Positions 44,680 through 55,678 of a stretch of 64,000 nt of DNA are shown here, piece after piece. Below the pieces are notes generated by a model. The model saw only the letters and a list, made by a program, of their open reading frames with translations. It made no database searches and was not told where the DNA came from. Where the stretch lies: IMG/VR virus record IMGVR_UViG_3300035698_024280; one strand, 5' to 3'. A program made the translations under genes and the position numbers. The first letter of the stretch is position 1, and each line of letters begins with the position of its first letter. This DNA is from a virus.

Positions 44680-46038
44680 ATGGCAAAGATAGCACAAATA
44701 GATGATCGATCGTTTACATTCGATATATCTCTAGGGTCGGGGGTATCTCTTACTAAATCATCCATCAGATACTTAGAGATAGACTCTCGTCTTCCCTCTA
44801 CTGGTTTTGTAGAAGGATTTATGGTTGTAGATAATACTGCAGGTGCTCTAGACAACTTAATAAAATTTGGTGGTGATCCGTTTACTGATTTGATGTATAT
44901 ATATATACAAGCAAATGATGGTGATGAGGGCGAGATTTCTACACCACCTGTAGAACACGCGTTAAGTATTTATAAGGTAGATAATTTACCAATAGGGGAA
45001 TACCCTAGAAGTATGAAGCGGATATACTTTAGAGAAATTGGAGGTCAGGCATTAAGAGAAATAAAATCTACTGTATCTATTGAGGATTTTAAAGAGATAA
45101 CAGATAGTGAAAATGATATCACTAATATGTCTAATAACGAGAGAGGAGTTAGAACAGATGTATATCTCAGGAAGGTATTTGAAAAGGCAGGCATCCCCGT
45201 AAGTAAAGATAATTGGGCAAAGGGGAAACATTATACACCACCTCTCTCGCCTTTCGGTAATGAATATTGTTATGATGTTATTAAAAAAATACACTCACGA
45301 CATATATCAGAAGAAGCCCCTCATGACTTTATTTACACATATTGGGATAATAAGGATAATGAAATGAAGTCGTACCCCATGCATCAGGTTTTCGAGAAAT
45401 TCTCACAGGATGCAGAGTGGGTACTAGAGTCATTTATATTAGGTGATATGGGAGTTAGAGGCGACGGTGGTTCAGGCGGTATAAAGGTTGCAAAGAATGC
45501 TAGTAGCGATTTAAGCGTTATTAAGTCGTTTAATCATGAATACCCTAACGGTGGGGAGCTTGGCAGAAAGATGTCGTTATATATCCCAGTTACAGAAGGC
45601 GCAACTGGGTCAAGATTTAATAATGGAGCTAAATTTTTAGATAAAACACTTTCAGATTATAAAAAATATTTTGTTGATCCGCTTGGTGATAATTCGGCGA
45701 TAGAGTTTAATGATCAATTTAAGAATAATATTTTAGAATCAAGTAATACGTTTAAATCTACATTTCTTCGACCCGATTATGCGGAACAAGTAGATACTAA
45801 CGCTGTATTTTTTAACAATTTAATTAACAATTCTCATAAGATTAATATAACTACAAGAGGCATGCCGTATAGACGGTCAGGGCTATTTGCAGATATAGCT
45901 TCAATAGAGGGAGGTGATGCTACAGAAAGGCATAGAAATATATGTGGGCGGTATTGGATTACAAGCTGCAAGCATATATTCAGTGATGAAAAGTATTGGA
46001 ATGAAATATCTGGAGTAAAAACATACGCAAGTAAATGA
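44680..46038 (+). CDS. Baseplate hub protein (gp27-like)
   Basis: C-terminal INITTRGMPYRRSGLF.DI...GRYWITSCKHIF...YWNEISGVK; follows the gp53-like gene. Confidence 0.55.
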   Translation: MAKIAQIDDRSFTFDISLGSGVSLTKSSIRYLEIDSRLPSTGFVEGFMVVDNTAGALDNLIKFGGDPFTDLMYIYIQANDGDEGEISTPPVEHALSIYKVDNLPIGEYPRSMKRIYFREIGGQALREIKSTVSIEDFKEITDSENDITNMSNNERGVRTDVYLRKVFEKAGIPVSKDNWAKGKHYTPPLSPFGNEYCYDVIKKIHSRHISEEAPHDFIYTYWDNKDNEMKSYPMHQVFEKFSQDAEWVLESFILGDMGVRGDGGSGGIKVAKNASSDLSVIKSFNHEYPNGGELGRKMSLYIPVTEGATGSRFNNGAKFLDKTLSDYKKYFVDPLGDNSAIEFNDQFKNNILESSNTFKSTFLRPDYAEQVDTNAVFFNNLINNSHKINITTRGMPYRRSGLFADIASIEGGDATERHRNICGRYWITSCKHIFSDEKYWNEISGVKTYASK

Positions 46039-47357
46039 TAATATCTAAAACAGCTCTCCCATTCATATTTACTCATTTACCATATTCGTATTATGTAGAT
46101 AGTTTTGGCTTATGTCAGGAAATAAGTGCATTTAAAACCATAATCGATTTAAATAATCAATTTTATTCAATTATGTCATCAACCTCGCCAGATGAGGCAG
46201 CTACTGAATTTGCAATTAATCTATTAGAAATATCGTCAGATTTACCACCAGATGTACTAATTGAATATTCTGAAGAGTATAATAGACTACCATATAATAT
46301 AAAAAGTGGCGGTCTTAGAATAGGTGAGGCGCCTATAATAGATGTAATTGCAACAGCTGCTAATAATACAGGTAACGCTGGTGGGGGCTCCGGGTCAGTA
46401 GAAGAAACTGAGGAAGAATCTACGAGTGATAGCAGCGGTGGTGGTGGCGGTGGTGGTGGCGGTGGTGGCGGGGGTAGGTGTAACCCGCTAAAACCACCAA
46501 CAGATCGGCTTGCTTATCTATCTAGAGATAAAGAATACAAGCAATATAGAGCGCATAGAGTTGCAGAATACTCAGAGGGGTATAGGGACTGGTTAGGTGG
46601 GGATATACCGTCGCCAGACGCTATAGAGATTTTTAAAAATGAAGCAGAGGGCACATACCTTAAGAGCTTAGTCGGCGGTGAGTCAATCGCAGAAGCGTGG
46701 TTTAAGAAATCACCGGTAGGTCTATTAGAGGTTCCGGAAAAGCGATGGAACTCATCTACCGCTGGACAGAAACGGAAAATGCAAGGGTTATGTTTTCAAG
46801 TAAATGCGGCTGATGCTCTGTCAGATCCAGAAGCAATAGATACTGCGAGAGTAGAATCGGAAGTTGAAGAGGAAGATACATTTGCTGAAACTTTAGCAAA
46901 TGTAGCACATAATATAGTTGGTTCTTTAGAGAGATCTATTAGCCCCTTTAATGCAGCGGTAGAGGCTAGAGAAGAGATTAGGAAAAACACTGAAAAGGAT
47001 GTAGGTAGTAAATGCTTTGAGATTAGTGATTTTATTCTCAAATATAGCCCACACGACCCTGATCACAGAATTAATGACAAACCAGCAGAGTTAATGATTG
47101 ATGAAAACCCTGATACACATGGGGAGGACACTGCTACTAGTGTACATAGGGGAGGTAAGGCTGTTACTACATTTATATATAAGCCAACTGAAGATTATTT
47201 TGTTGTAATGTCTGAAAGGTCAGCTGATGATGAGTTCAGTCGAGTAGATAGAGATGATACTATTAAAGATGGCGCAGATTCAAGCGAAGTTGGTACTAAA
47301 ACTAATATCAATAATGATCAAGGTGGGGAAGATGCAAATCCAACTCTAATCACTTAG
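46035..47357 (+). CDS. Hypothetical baseplate-region protein with poly-Gly linker (440 aa)
   Basis: ORF track; S/E-rich stretch followed by a run of about 12 Gly. Confidence 0.6.
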   Translation: MIISKTALPFIFTHLPYSYYVDSFGLCQEISAFKTIIDLNNQFYSIMSSTSPDEAATEFAINLLEISSDLPPDVLIEYSEEYNRLPYNIKSGGLRIGEAPIIDVIATAANNTGNAGGGSGSVEETEEESTSDSSGGGGGGGGGGGGGRCNPLKPPTDRLAYLSRDKEYKQYRAHRVAEYSEGYRDWLGGDIPSPDAIEIFKNEAEGTYLKSLVGGESIAEAWFKKSPVGLLEVPEKRWNSSTAGQKRKMQGLCFQVNAADALSDPEAIDTARVESEVEEEDTFAETLANVAHNIVGSLERSISPFNAAVEAREEIRKNTEKDVGSKCFEISDFILKYSPHDPDHRINDKPAELMIDENPDTHGEDTATSVHRGGKAVTTFIYKPTEDYFVVMSERSADDEFSRVDRDDTIKDGADSSEVGTKTNINNDQGGEDANPTLIT

Positions 47358-47816
47358 TTCCTCTACTTCAGCTTCTACCACATCTTCAGTAATAAGATCT
47401 CGTGATTTAGATATAAGTTGACGTAAAACCTCCTCACGGCTAAGTAACAGCTTCGCAGTTATTTCTTTATCCATATTTTTTGATGAGCTGTCTATCTTCA
47501 TTTGTGCTATTTCGCGGGAATTTATATTTTTCTCTCGAGAAATCATAATCTTTTGCAATATATCAATTGATGAGGCTGATGCCCTTATAAGCGATGCTAG
47601 AGATTCACTACTATCTGCATCGGGAGCTGATGCTGTAAAGTCAATCATATTCTGAACGGATTCAACGCCACCCTGAACCAATTTACCTATATTTGCTAGT
47701 AAAAAATCTTCAATATTTTCCCTAGCTAAATCTATATCTGTACCCTCGGCTCTATCCCTAGGGGGATCACTTTGCAGCTGGGCTAGTAAATCTTTTACTG
47801 TATTATCATCATTCAC
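47346..47816 (-). CDS. Terminase small subunit (T4 gp16-like)
   Basis: DIDLARENI...KLVQGG.ESVQNM..F...APDADSSESLASLIRA.ASSIDIL...LLLSREEVLRQL resembles the gp16 helical core; TAAATA-N5-GTG. Confidence 0.6.
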   Translation of the reverse strand: MNDDNTVKDLLAQLQSDPPRDRAEGTDIDLARENIEDFLLANIGKLVQGGVESVQNMIDFTASAPDADSSESLASLIRASASSIDILQKIMISREKNINSREIAQMKIDSSSKNMDKEITAKLLLSREEVLRQLISKSRDLITEDVVEAEVEELSD

Positions 47817-47874
47817 AAAATTATTTAATGTAACTGGTGGCCTTTTTCAACTCTGATACTATTATTAAATTACG

Positions 47875-48414
47875 ATGATTAATATATTTTTTACGAAAAC
47901 ACACGATAGGGCGGAAATACCTATTAGGAGTCATATAGGTATTGATAAAGAGGGTAATTCGGGTACCGGCGACTCTGGATATGATCTGGTATCTGTTGTT
48001 AATACTACTATACCAGCAGGATCACAGGGAGCATCAACTATTGAGGAAGTTCCACTTAGTAAGTATACAGACATTAATAAGCATTATAAGGTAGGCTCGG
48101 CGATTGTTGATGTAGGATTAACAGTTGCATATATACAACCAGGGTACTGGTTCAGAATTGAAGGTCGCTCAGGTTTAGGGTTTAAACATGGCATATCTCC
48201 ACATTTTGGTATAATCGATAATGGATATAGGGGAGATCTCGCAGTAAAGTTATACAATTTTACTGATGTAGATTATAATGTTAGTATCGGGGATAGAATT
48301 GCTCAAATAGTAGTATACCCACTGATTGATGCTAATATGTCCTTTAGTGCCTTTAGTATTAGCGATAGTGTCTCCGATCGTGGTGACGGTGGGTTTGGAT
48401 CAACAGGTAAATAA
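47875..48414 (+). CDS. dut: dUTP diphosphatase (trimeric dUTPase)
   Basis: GDSGYDL; RIEGRSGLGFK; GIIDNGYRGDL; GDRIAQIV; RGDGGFGSTG. Confidence 0.95.
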   Translation: MINIFFTKTHDRAEIPIRSHIGIDKEGNSGTGDSGYDLVSVVNTTIPAGSQGASTIEEVPLSKYTDINKHYKVGSAIVDVGLTVAYIQPGYWFRIEGRSGLGFKHGISPHFGIIDNGYRGDLAVKLYNFTDVDYNVSIGDRIAQIVVYPLIDANMSFSAFSISDSVSDRGDGGFGSTGK

Positions 48415-48419
48415 AAAAT

Positions 48420-49361
48420 ATGGAAAATAGTGGTGGTATAAAAAATATTTGGGCTGAAAAATATCGGCCTAAAATATTAGAAGAAATTATTCTTAGCGAT
48501 TCGTCGCGAGAAGTCCTAGATAAAATAGCGATTGATGGTAATATGAGCCATCTACTACTCCAGGGGCCTCCGGGGATAGGTAAAACTACTGTAGCTAAAG
48601 TAATTGTTAATGATATTTTGAAATGTCAGCATTTATATATAAATGCAAGTGATGAGAGCGGTATAGATACTGTTAGAAACAAAATTATAGGCTTCGCTCG
48701 TACTAAGAGCATCGATGGTAATATTAAGGTGATTATACTAGATGAAGCAGACGGTATCACTCCTGATTCTCAGAGAGCTTTGCGGAATGTAATGGAGGAA
48801 TACTCAGAGTATACAAAATTCATTTTAACTGCTAATTTTAAGCACCGTATTATTGCTCCGTTGCAGAGTAGAGTACAAGAAATAGATTTATCTCCTCCAG
48901 TTGCAGGTATAGTAACGAGGTGTATGTCTATATTAAAATCTGAAGATATAACGGTAGAAAAGGAAGATCATTTAAAATTTGTAGAATTAGTTAGAGGCAT
49001 CTATCCAGATATAAGAAAAACTATAAATCTACTACAGAAATTTAGTTCATCAGGAAAACTTAATATAAATAAGTCAGAGACTATAGACCATGTGGCTGAG
49101 AAGGTTTATAGTAAATTAGACGACCCTCTTGCCTTAAGAACATATGTTATTCAGCATGGGATAGATTTTCAAAACGACTATCAAACGCTTCTTAAAACAT
49201 TGTTAGATATAATATTTAAAAAGACAGATATAACGGCAGATAAAAAGCAGGACTGCATATTATCTATATCTGAACATTTATATAGAGCTGCTTTTGTTGT
49301 CGATCAAGAAATTAACTTTACAGCTTGCACCATACAACTAAACAGGGCTATTTTTGCATAG
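48420..49361 (+). CDS. Sliding-clamp loader AAA+ subunit (T4 gp44/RFC-like)
   Basis: WAEKYRPK; GPPGIGKTT; INASDESGIDTVR; IILDEAD; QRALRNVMEEYS; FILTAN; PLQSR. Confidence 0.92.
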   Translation: MENSGGIKNIWAEKYRPKILEEIILSDSSREVLDKIAIDGNMSHLLLQGPPGIGKTTVAKVIVNDILKCQHLYINASDESGIDTVRNKIIGFARTKSIDGNIKVIILDEADGITPDSQRALRNVMEEYSEYTKFILTANFKHRIIAPLQSRVQEIDLSPPVAGIVTRCMSILKSEDITVEKEDHLKFVELVRGIYPDIRKTINLLQKFSSSGKLNINKSETIDHVAEKVYSKLDDPLALRTYVIQHGIDFQNDYQTLLKTLLDIIFKKTDITADKKQDCILSISEHLYRAAFVVDQEINFTACTIQLNRAIFA

Positions 49362-49950
49362 CTATATATGCATCTGCCAAGCATTCTACATCCCGCTCTT
49401 TAGACTCTCTAAAGTATACAGCTTGCTTAGGGGGTGTAGGGCTTGGTATTTTTGTATCTTTTACTGGATTGGAAGCCTCTACCGGCTTTAGCTTACCATT
49501 ACCGTCATTTGCAGTACCGGTTTGCTTTTTAAATTCCTCACCTTCATAACCAGGGACAACCTCTGGTTTAATTGTAATTGCATTATCACGACGAAGTGCA
49601 TCTGGAATTGGAGCGAGATTAGGATAAAATTCAATTGGAGTACAACTCTCTGGAGGTACTGGGAATCTACCGATAATTCTACCACCTCCATAATCTACAC
49701 CTAGAAATATAGTAACATCGCCGGTGTTATTAAGTTGACTGCCAGGCTTATCAGATGGTGTGTTATTGACTATATCAATAACTCTAAGATTTAAACCTAA
49801 ATCAACATATTCTTTTAGGCCGGATCTAATTTTCTCTGAAACTTTTGATAGATCTGAGATCTCGACAACGTCTCCAACGAGAAATCCCGCCCGATCTAAG
49901 CGGGTGAGCGCAGCTTCACAAAGTTTTATAAATTTTTGGTCGTTCTTCAT
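49348..49950 (-). CDS. Hypothetical late protein (about 200 aa)
   Basis: TAAATA 6 nt upstream of the ATG at 49950 (MKNDQKFIKLCEAA); GFLVGDVV. Confidence 0.6.
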   Translation of the reverse strand: MKNDQKFIKLCEAALTRLDRAGFLVGDVVEISDLSKVSEKIRSGLKEYVDLGLNLRVIDIVNNTPSDKPGSQLNNTGDVTIFLGVDYGGGRIIGRFPVPPESCTPIEFYPNLAPIPDALRRDNAITIKPEVVPGYEGEEFKKQTGTANDGNGKLKPVEASNPVKDTKIPSPTPPKQAVYFRESKERDVECLADAYIAMQK

Positions 49951-49984
49951 CATTGTTATTTATTCTATCTCCTTAAATATTTTC

Positions 49985-50470
49985 ATGGGAAACGTTAAAA
50001 TAACGTCGTTGCCGAAAGCTCGTGAATATACAAGAGATTTTTCGTACTCCGACTTACATCTAGATATTGCTGCCACCTTTACATCCAGAGATGAGGTATA
50101 TGCGGATAATGAGAGAAAAGATATTCAAATTGACTATGATTTAGGGGCTATCAGAAATTCAATAATTAATATAATGACTACCTCTCCAGGGGAGAAGATA
50201 TTAAATCCGCTATTCGGCATTGATTTAAGAGATGTACTATTTGAGCCAATATCCGAAAGTGTTAGGGTAACTATTGTAGAGAGAATAAGGTCAGGTCTAA
50301 TAGAACAAGAACCTCGTATTGAATTTATAAAACCCCCAGAGGTGATTTCGCGTATAGAAGACGAAGCATATATAGTAAATTTATTCATTCGCGTACCCTT
50401 TTTAGCTGGAAGTGAATTATTATTATCGGGGTTACTCAACTACGAAGGGTTCGCTGTATTAAATAACTAA
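49985..50470 (+). CDS. Baseplate wedge subunit (T4 gp25-like)
   Basis: YSDLHLD; DLGAIRNSIINIMTTSPGEKILNPLFG; EQEPRI; start at 49985, 5 nt after TAAATA. Confidence 0.88.
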   Translation: MGNVKITSLPKAREYTRDFSYSDLHLDIAATFTSRDEVYADNERKDIQIDYDLGAIRNSIINIMTTSPGEKILNPLFGIDLRDVLFEPISESVRVTIVERIRSGLIEQEPRIEFIKPPEVISRIEDEAYIVNLFIRVPFLAGSELLLSGLLNYEGFAVLNN

Positions 50471-50476
50471 GAAGAT

Positions 50477-52327
50477 ATGAGTACTGAATTTGTTGAATTT
50501 AATTTACCTAAAGGAGCCTATGCATCTTTTGACGCTGTAACGCTGAAGGACTACATAACAGATAGGCTAACTGAAAATACTGTATTTACCGATCAGAATT
50601 TTGAGGGAAGTAACCTTGCTGCATTGACTGATATTTTTGCCTTTACATATCATATACTACTGTTCTATTTGAACCAAACATCATCTGAAACAATGTTTGA
50701 TCAAACTCAGCTATATGAGAATATGAATAAGTTGGTAAAACTTATAGATTATAAGCCTGAAGGGCCTAAGACTTCAGTTGTAAGCTTTCAAGCGAAGGGG
50801 ACGGCAGAACTACCGGTCGGGGCATATGGTATAAAGAGATACTCTTATATTAATTATAACGGATTTACATATTCATTTTCTAAAGATGTATCATTTGAAA
50901 AAACAATTACTGGTAATGAACCCCTTACTACTTTTTCAGACAAGACGTTGCTATTTCAGGGCGTATTTACTGAATATCCGGAATATACAGCGATGGGTGA
51001 GAGTTATGAAGTATTAACATTAATACTTCAAGATGTAGACAATAAAAATACCCAATTTATAGATTATAATAATATTAACATTTATGTTAAAAATATAGGG
51101 GATAATACCTGGTCGCAATGGGAAGAGATAGATAGTCTATATTATGCTGGCGGTACATCGGATGTATTTGAAAAGAGAGTAAACGAAAATGGTCGTGTAG
51201 AGTTAAAGTTTGGTAATAATATTACCGGTAAAAAGCTTAATGAGGGAGATATAATATATGTATTCTATCTATTGAGTGATGGTAGTGAAGCTTATATTGA
51301 TATATCAGGGCTGCTTAAGGCATCTTCTATCAAACAATACAACTCCCAAAGATTTCAAGAATTAAATTCAGCATTGTATAGCGATTCCACTAATATCAAT
51401 TTTGTTGGATCTAATACAATAGCTGGCAGGATTGCATCTGAAGAGATAGAATTAAATAATACCGCAAAATCTACCCCATACTCAGACTATGAATTATTAG
51501 AAGATATTAAACAAAACGCGCCTAGAGTATTTTCTGCGCAAAATAGAGCGGTGACTATAGATGATTATGAATCATTATTAAAAAAGCAATTTAGTAACCT
51601 GTTTCAGTCTATAAAAGTTGTCAATAATAATAGCTATATAGATAATGTAATAAAATATTACTACGACATTGGGCTATCACGACCTAACGAAGATACTAAT
51701 GTATCAATTAACCAGTTAAAGTTCGCAGATGCATGCGACTTTAATAATATATATGTTTTTGCATTACCATCAGCAGGATCCATTATAAATGAAATTGCGC
51801 CGGTAGCAACGCCACAATCATTAAAAAAGGCCATTAATGATTATATAGATCGTGTAAAGATGGTTACGAATGAGATTGTAATTTGCGATCCAGTTTATAC
51901 TGCGGTAGACTTAGGGGTAGAAATACAATCAAACGACCCAAGGTCAATTTCGGAAATTAGAGACAATACGACTTTAGTAGTTAATGCAGATAGGGGCATA
52001 AATATATCCCTAGATGATATAAAGACCTCCATCAATAAAATTATATTAGACTATTTTGATAATAGTAATATAACTCTCGGAATGGTAATAGATTTAGCTG
52101 ATTTATCTAGACGAATAATAGATATATCAGGGGTAGATGAAATATACACATCTACAACTTATGAAGGCAATACTATTAAAAAACCCGGCATTAGTCTACT
52201 AACGTGGAATACACTATATCCGGAAGATGATATAAATATTACAACCCAAAATATACAATTACCGTTCTTTAAAGTGCCGTTTTTCTACAAAGGTTCGGAA
52301 CTTGCTGCGAAGATAATAATTAATTAA
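50477..52327 (+). CDS. Baseplate wedge subunit (T4 gp6-like)
   Basis: FDAVTLKDYI; FTDQNFEGSNL; NQTSSETMFD; KLIDYKP; LKFGNNITGK; APRVFSAQNRAVTIDDYE. Confidence 0.88.
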   Translation: MSTEFVEFNLPKGAYASFDAVTLKDYITDRLTENTVFTDQNFEGSNLAALTDIFAFTYHILLFYLNQTSSETMFDQTQLYENMNKLVKLIDYKPEGPKTSVVSFQAKGTAELPVGAYGIKRYSYINYNGFTYSFSKDVSFEKTITGNEPLTTFSDKTLLFQGVFTEYPEYTAMGESYEVLTLILQDVDNKNTQFIDYNNINIYVKNIGDNTWSQWEEIDSLYYAGGTSDVFEKRVNENGRVELKFGNNITGKKLNEGDIIYVFYLLSDGSEAYIDISGLLKASSIKQYNSQRFQELNSALYSDSTNINFVGSNTIAGRIASEEIELNNTAKSTPYSDYELLEDIKQNAPRVFSAQNRAVTIDDYESLLKKQFSNLFQSIKVVNNNSYIDNVIKYYYDIGLSRPNEDTNVSINQLKFADACDFNNIYVFALPSAGSIINEIAPVATPQSLKKAINDYIDRVKMVTNEIVICDPVYTAVDLGVEIQSNDPRSISEIRDNTTLVVNADRGINISLDDIKTSINKIILDYFDNSNITLGMVIDLADLSRRIIDISGVDEIYTSTTYEGNTIKKPGISLLTWNTLYPEDDINITTQNIQLPFFKVPFFYKGSELAAKIIIN

Positions 52328-52330
52328 TAC

Positions 52331-55300
52331 ATGGAGCACCCTCAGACAGACTACACATTTTTTAATATAAGAGATTTCACTGGGAATTTCTCACTCTCTA
52401 GCTATGCTCTAGATATATGCCCATTTACATTTATACCTCAGATAAACCCTAATTCAAATACAGGTCAGGTATTGTGGGATTTTGGAGATGGTACTACCTC
52501 TCAAAGCTTATGTGCAACTCATAGTTATAATTTTTCAGGAATATACAAAGTTACATTATATGTATACAATACAGGCGGTGATGCGCATACTAGCTCATTT
52601 ACAAAAAGCCTCAAAATAAGCGACTTTGTAACAAACACAATTTCTCTTAGCTCAAAATCATCTTTTATACAACCAGCTGGCTCTACAGGTCACGACGAGG
52701 GCATAGACCTTCAAATATATAATAACTGGCAAACTTATAATTCGCTATCTGGTTCAGGCATTACTGTTAATTTATATGCGTCAGGAGGGGATTTTTTAAC
52801 ACATGATCAGTATTACTCCAACAAATATGCTCACCTAATACCTAGTGTCAAATTTTATAGTAGATGTTTTAATACTATTACCTCTACAGCTGAATATAAA
52901 GTAATCGATAGCATTACAACACACCCTAAAGATATAATATATGCAAAAGTATCTGGGGATAATATTGTAAGATGTCGTAAGTGTGATACAGACGCGGAAG
53001 TTGCAGGAACATATAGTACAGAAAGAGTATATATTAGCTCCGATAAAATAACAACCGATAATAAATGGTTGAAAGATAGATCTGCTATATTAGGTCTTAT
53101 AAGATTTGATACATCTAAATTCGATGATAGAGTATCTTATGAAAATAACTATTACAAGAATATATATAATAGATCTGAGCTACCAACGCTAAATACGGCT
53201 GCAGCCAGCTTTAATCTAACTATAACCCCTCATTTGAGTGTTAATACCTTAACATTTTCTCAAAACGGTATTGATGGTATTGAAGATAATATAGATACAT
53301 TTAAATTATCTAATATTCAATACACTGATACACGTATACCTTTTGTTATAAGATTAAAGGATGCAAGTAAATATGCCTCCAATTATTTACCCACTTTAAC
53401 CGCAGTAGGTAATATTACACAACCATATCAAATAAAAATTAATGTTGTATCTGGGGCAGGTGTTGCTATACCTACATCTGCGCAGCCATCTATTATAAGC
53501 ACGTACACAGATAATCTATCGAGTGCAGGGGGCTACTGGAAGGGGTATATGCACTTTTCAAATAGTTATTTATCATCCGATAGTAATTTCACGTTGAATG
53601 ATTTATACCTATCTGCAGATACTATAGTTAATGAAACATATAACTACTCCGATACCGTCCCAATGCTTGGAATCGTAGGATGTGGCGATATTAATAAATC
53701 TTTAAATATAAGTTTTGCACTAAAGACTCAATTCGGGTCTGATAGTATTATTGTAAAGGAAACTATTCCAGTAGCTAGTTATGTATATGACACCCCAAAT
53801 TACAATAGCACATATATACCACATAGCCTATTCCCAGAAGATAATACACATACAGGTTCCTATTATTCAGCCTGGGCAGCTTTGAAGTCTGGAATTTTGC
53901 AGAAATATGATGCGTTCTCGACCCCGCTATCTACAACACATTTATCCTCTTTCGGTCTAACCGTAGCAGCGGGCAATAGTGGGTCAAATATTGCTATAGA
54001 TGGTAATAAAGATATCTGGGGATCATTTTATAACAGCTCTAGCGCTATAAAGATTGATAATGATAATAATCTACTAGCTGTAGTTAGTCTAGATAATTAT
54101 AGTGCGGGGCCGATTGATACTGATATCAATAATAATATATGGATGACATATTCTACATCCCTCACATCTAAATTGGTTAAATACGATACCTTAGGTAACA
54201 CATTGAGCTCTATAAGTTTGACTGGGGGGTATACTCCAGTAGACCTCTGCATAGATACGAGTAATAATATATGGATAATCGCTCAAGACGAGAGTACATA
54301 TTATGAAGCTCTTTCTAGTTATAATGATAAAATTTTTCACCATAACGATGCTTCAGGTGTAACAACTGCAGTATATTCTATATCTGGGAGATCGAGCCAT
54401 ATTACTATTGATACAGACGATCATGCTATCTTTAATATAAATGTTAATGATTATGGTATCCTAAATTTATCTGGAGTTGAATTAAAAAATATATCAACTA
54501 TTACTACCACCAACTCTTCAAGTGATATAACTGGAGTAGGTACAGTTGGTACTGGGGATATAGTATTTGTAAATAACTCAACAAAATCTATAACTGGGGT
54601 TGCTTCAGGATCTTACGTTGAAACTGGCAACACTACAATAGCTACTGTAAGTAGTAATTCTTTAATTGAGGCAAGAGGTGACTGGACCGGGATGAGGTGG
54701 GCATTAAAATATGCTACAACTACATTCAGTATGTCTGCTGTAGCGACTGGTATGAGCTCAAACTTTAATATATATAATTCTAATAAGTATCAAGTAGAGA
54801 AAAAATCAGAATCCTTCGATAGTACAGAACACTATAAGAGTTTAAGATATCAAGAGGCCTTGTTTGACGATACGGTAATGTTTGATGAGTTAATAGGGTC
54901 TATAGTAGGTAATTTAAGCTCATCCCCAAACACTCTAGGTAAGCGAGTATATGATAAAATTTCAGATTTTGTTAGTAATAATTCTGATGTGGACTTATGT
55001 AATATAGATTCTCTATATAATATGTATAGTATGCTCGGGTTTAATCTAGAGTCCTTTGAGAATTTTAGATTTTCTATACCGTCCAATTTAAAACGATTGA
55101 TGGATATATTCTCAATTAAACAATCTCGTTTATGGGCTGGTAGAAATCAATATACTAATAATTTCGATTCACAAAATTACCCGATACCTAATAACTTTTA
55201 TGGAACTAATCTCAAATTAAAGATCGACAATATGGAGACTACTTTATTAACTGCAGGAGAATTTTCCGAGCCTATAGTTGCGAAGAGTAAATTTAGTAAT

Positions 55301-55654
55301 AATTATAAATTACTTAATACTAATATTTTGAGTGCATATGCAGGTGAAATGAGACTTAATCAAACATTTCCGTTGAGTAGTTTTGACGCTGGTTGGGGAT
55401 GGCCGTTAGTATTACCAGTGAGTGCTACATATATGGATATAGAAAAGTTATATGATTTATATACAATTAACTTTACTCCAGAGAACTCGCAATTAGAAGG
55501 TATACTGAACTGGGAAGACTCTAATTTTCATAATTTAAATGAGGCTCTAAGCTCAAATGCGGAATGGGTAGGTAAAGATGGTTCGGTAAGTGAAGCTTTA
55601 AGATATACTTTAATTGAAGGTACTGGTTTATTTACCACATCTCTTTGCTCTTAA
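52331..55654 (+). CDS. Baseplate wedge protein (gp7-like) with PKD domain and beta-propeller repeats
   Basis: VLWDFGDGT...HSY...G.YKVTL (PKD); repeats IAIDGNKDIW, IDTDINNNIW and LCIDTSNNIW; C-terminal DVDLCNIDSL..MY.MLG. Confidence 0.6.
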   Translation: MEHPQTDYTFFNIRDFTGNFSLSSYALDICPFTFIPQINPNSNTGQVLWDFGDGTTSQSLCATHSYNFSGIYKVTLYVYNTGGDAHTSSFTKSLKISDFVTNTISLSSKSSFIQPAGSTGHDEGIDLQIYNNWQTYNSLSGSGITVNLYASGGDFLTHDQYYSNKYAHLIPSVKFYSRCFNTITSTAEYKVIDSITTHPKDIIYAKVSGDNIVRCRKCDTDAEVAGTYSTERVYISSDKITTDNKWLKDRSAILGLIRFDTSKFDDRVSYENNYYKNIYNRSELPTLNTAAASFNLTITPHLSVNTLTFSQNGIDGIEDNIDTFKLSNIQYTDTRIPFVIRLKDASKYASNYLPTLTAVGNITQPYQIKINVVSGAGVAIPTSAQPSIISTYTDNLSSAGGYWKGYMHFSNSYLSSDSNFTLNDLYLSADTIVNETYNYSDTVPMLGIVGCGDINKSLNISFALKTQFGSDSIIVKETIPVASYVYDTPNYNSTYIPHSLFPEDNTHTGSYYSAWAALKSGILQKYDAFSTPLSTTHLSSFGLTVAAGNSGSNIAIDGNKDIWGSFYNSSSAIKIDNDNNLLAVVSLDNYSAGPIDTDINNNIWMTYSTSLTSKLVKYDTLGNTLSSISLTGGYTPVDLCIDTSNNIWIIAQDESTYYEALSSYNDKIFHHNDASGVTTAVYSISGRSSHITIDTDDHAIFNINVNDYGILNLSGVELKNISTITTTNSSSDITGVGTVGTGDIVFVNNSTKSITGVASGSYVETGNTTIATVSSNSLIEARGDWTGMRWALKYATTTFSMSAVATGMSSNFNIYNSNKYQVEKKSESFDSTEHYKSLRYQEALFDDTVMFDELIGSIVGNLSSSPNTLGKRVYDKISDFVSNNSDVDLCNIDSLYNMYSMLGFNLESFENFRFSIPSNLKRLMDIFSIKQSRLWAGRNQYTNNFDSQNYPIPNNFYGTNLKLKIDNMETTLLTAGEFSEPIVAKSKFSNNYKLLNTNILSAYAGEMRLNQTFPLSSFDAGWGWPLVLPVSATYMDIEKLYDLYTINFTPENSQLEGILNWEDSNFHNLNEALSSNAEWVGKDGSVSEALRYTLIEGTGLFTTSLCS

Positions 55655-55678
55655 GCGTAATATGCTATAAATATTAAT

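Noticed and set aside
46437-46473. GGT/GGC tandem repeat as a non-coding repeat or array
   Set aside because: It is in frame and encodes a poly-Gly linker in a 440-aa ORF.
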